A stretch of DNA of 63,762 bases, the filler included, from Octopus bimaculoides (Eukaryota), in assembly GCF_001194135.2 (NCBI RefSeq). It is 5 parts of 5 records of this genome, joined end to end, with 100 filler letters (N's around TTAATTAATTAA, not from the genome) between each part and the next. Parts side by side here need not be neighbours in the genome. Positions count along the whole stretch, not along the records: positions 55,896 to 63,762 come from NC_068983.1; 4 more parts are not named here. One strand, written 5' to 3'. Under the pieces are notes generated by a model. The model was not told the DNA's origin, did not search any database, and saw only the letters and a list, made by a program, of their open reading frames with translations. Both the position numbers and the translations under genes were made by a program. Every line of letters begins with the position of its first letter. Within the stretch, counting starts at the first letter, position 1. Shown here in pieces: positions 62,232 to 63,762 of the stretch.

Positions 62232-62728
62232 CCTGCAATGCACATGTGCAGTGATGATGCAATGATGTTGGCCTTCACGAGGTAGAGACCCGAGTGCCAC
62301 CTATTTCTTGAAGTTGGAAACAATGGGCTTGTAACAACTTACCCGTGTAACAACCAGACCCGGTCTCTCCTACCGCTATAAGTGTGTGCAACCCGGTCTA
62401 GGCTCTGAGTCTTTTCCCTGCCTTCCAACCTATACAGGCTTCTGCGGCAGACAGAAAAGTTCCAACCATCATAAAAGCGTCGTCTGGGGGTGGATGCACT
62501 GCCCCACCCGCCTAGCTACGCATGGTAGAAACAGCAACCAAACTGCCATTCATATCACTCCCCACCGCCGCCATAGAACCTGACACCTGACACAGTTCAC
62601 TGCACATCGAAAAAACAGACAGGATTGCAAGTATAGGGATGGCCTGGAAGTCACAGAGTAACAATATAACATTATGTTATGGAAACTTATGATATTATCA
62701 TAAACTTATAATATTGTATGAACTTATA

Positions 62729-62925
62729 GGCGCAGGAGTGGCTGTGTGGTAAGTAGCTTGCTTACCAACCACATGGTTCTGGGTTCAGTCCCACTGCGTG
62801 GCACCTTGGCCAAGTGNNNNNNNNNNAAAAATAAGTCCTGGGGTCGATTTGTTCGACTAAAGGCGGTGCTCCAGCATGGCCGCAGTCAAATGACTGAAAC
62901 AAGTAAAAGAGTAAAAGTAAAGAGT
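62729..62925 (+). mobile_element. SINE family 1 (head and tail joined across a 10-N gap)
   Basis: Low-divergence ggcgcaggagtggctgtgtggtaagtagc head and gactgaaacaagtaaaagag tail. Confidence 0.88.
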
Positions 62926-63479
62926 TATTTATATATAAAGATAATCATGTATCTTAACTGATTTAGCCTGATATTATTTCCATTGCTAAATCAAACAAAT
63001 ATTGTCAATAAATATGACAATACTACGACTTAATTCAGTGCACAACAATTAATTTAAAGACGAACGGACATAAGTAGAATGGTTATTAACGAATAAATTA
63101 ATAATAGTTTTTCCGAATAAGCGTGATAATATGCACTTACACATATATACAAACATTATTTATGAATGCATGCACTCACGCTTCAGTTATTTGTACATTT
63201 ATGTATGTATTGCATGTGTGTGAGTGTATGTGTGTGTATGTGTGTGGGTGAGTGAGTGGGTGTGTGTGCGTGATTGTTTTGGAGAAAAATATCTTGCTGA
63301 GACCAATTATGACGTACGCTGTAGAGTGTTTCTTATTCATTAATATGTGTCTGTCTGTCTGATGTCTGATAAGCTTTGAGAGACGAAGTCGCAGTGAATC
63401 CCTACACCAGCATATACACATATGTATGTATGTATAGGAAAGTTGGTTATACATCATTAGATGTATACCTGACTTTCCT

Positions 63480-63762
63480 ATATAAAATTAGAATTAACGG
63501 AACGCTGAACTCCAGACTATCAACTTAAACAACATTTATTCAAGGTGGAATATATATGCATCTTTAGCTCTTGTTTGTTGTTACAGCTTCTGTGTGTGTG
63601 AGCATGGTTGTTGGGACGTTGGTATGTAGATGTAAGCGAGCTGTCGAGCGTAAGTTCGAAAGATGGAGAGAGACAGCTAAACACGTCCGTGCTCAATCGC
63701 TGGCCAGCAAGAAAGAGGGAGAATGAAGCGGGAAAACTTGGTTGTTGAATTCCACGCATGTG
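63480..63762 (-). mobile_element. Possible LTR fragment
   Basis: GC-richer block with AATAAA on the minus strand near 63535; no TG...CA pair or TSD within the window. Confidence 0.2.

Noticed and set aside
62235-62620. GC-richer block, possibly an RTE 5' UTR
   Set aside because: No downstream ORF; assignment unsupported.

Overview
Repeat-dense, AT-rich animal DNA; the SINE and LINE repertoire points to an octopus (inferred, not verified). The window is not one locus. Four 100-nt artificial spacers (44 N + TTAATTAATTAA + 44 N, at 15113, 27675, 33906 and 55796) join five probably unlinked scaffolds, and there are many ordinary N gaps. No intact protein-coding gene, tRNA, rRNA or CRISPR array is supported, and almost all ORF-track entries come from microsatellites, N gaps or decayed transposons. 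Content: several tRNA-derived SINE families; at least five lineages of RTE-type LINEs; R4/Dong-like restriction-endonuclease (RLE) LINEs sitting in (AAT)n tracts; Penelope-like GIY-YIG relics; Tc1, mariner and hAT relics; and a few weak candidate host exons. Highlights: (1) two independent (AAT)n landing-pad arrays that contain the same element families in the same order; (2) type I hammerhead ribozyme motifs at 37794-37901 (+) and 54675-54731 (-); (3) GG...CC-terminated fold-back MITEs with 8-9 bp target-site duplications (TSDs), one carrying palindromic telomere-like repeats; (4) an RTE with a twin-priming-like 5' inversion; (5) long near-perfect inverted repeats. All coordinates were read by eye, and TE ends are approximate unless a TSD is given.
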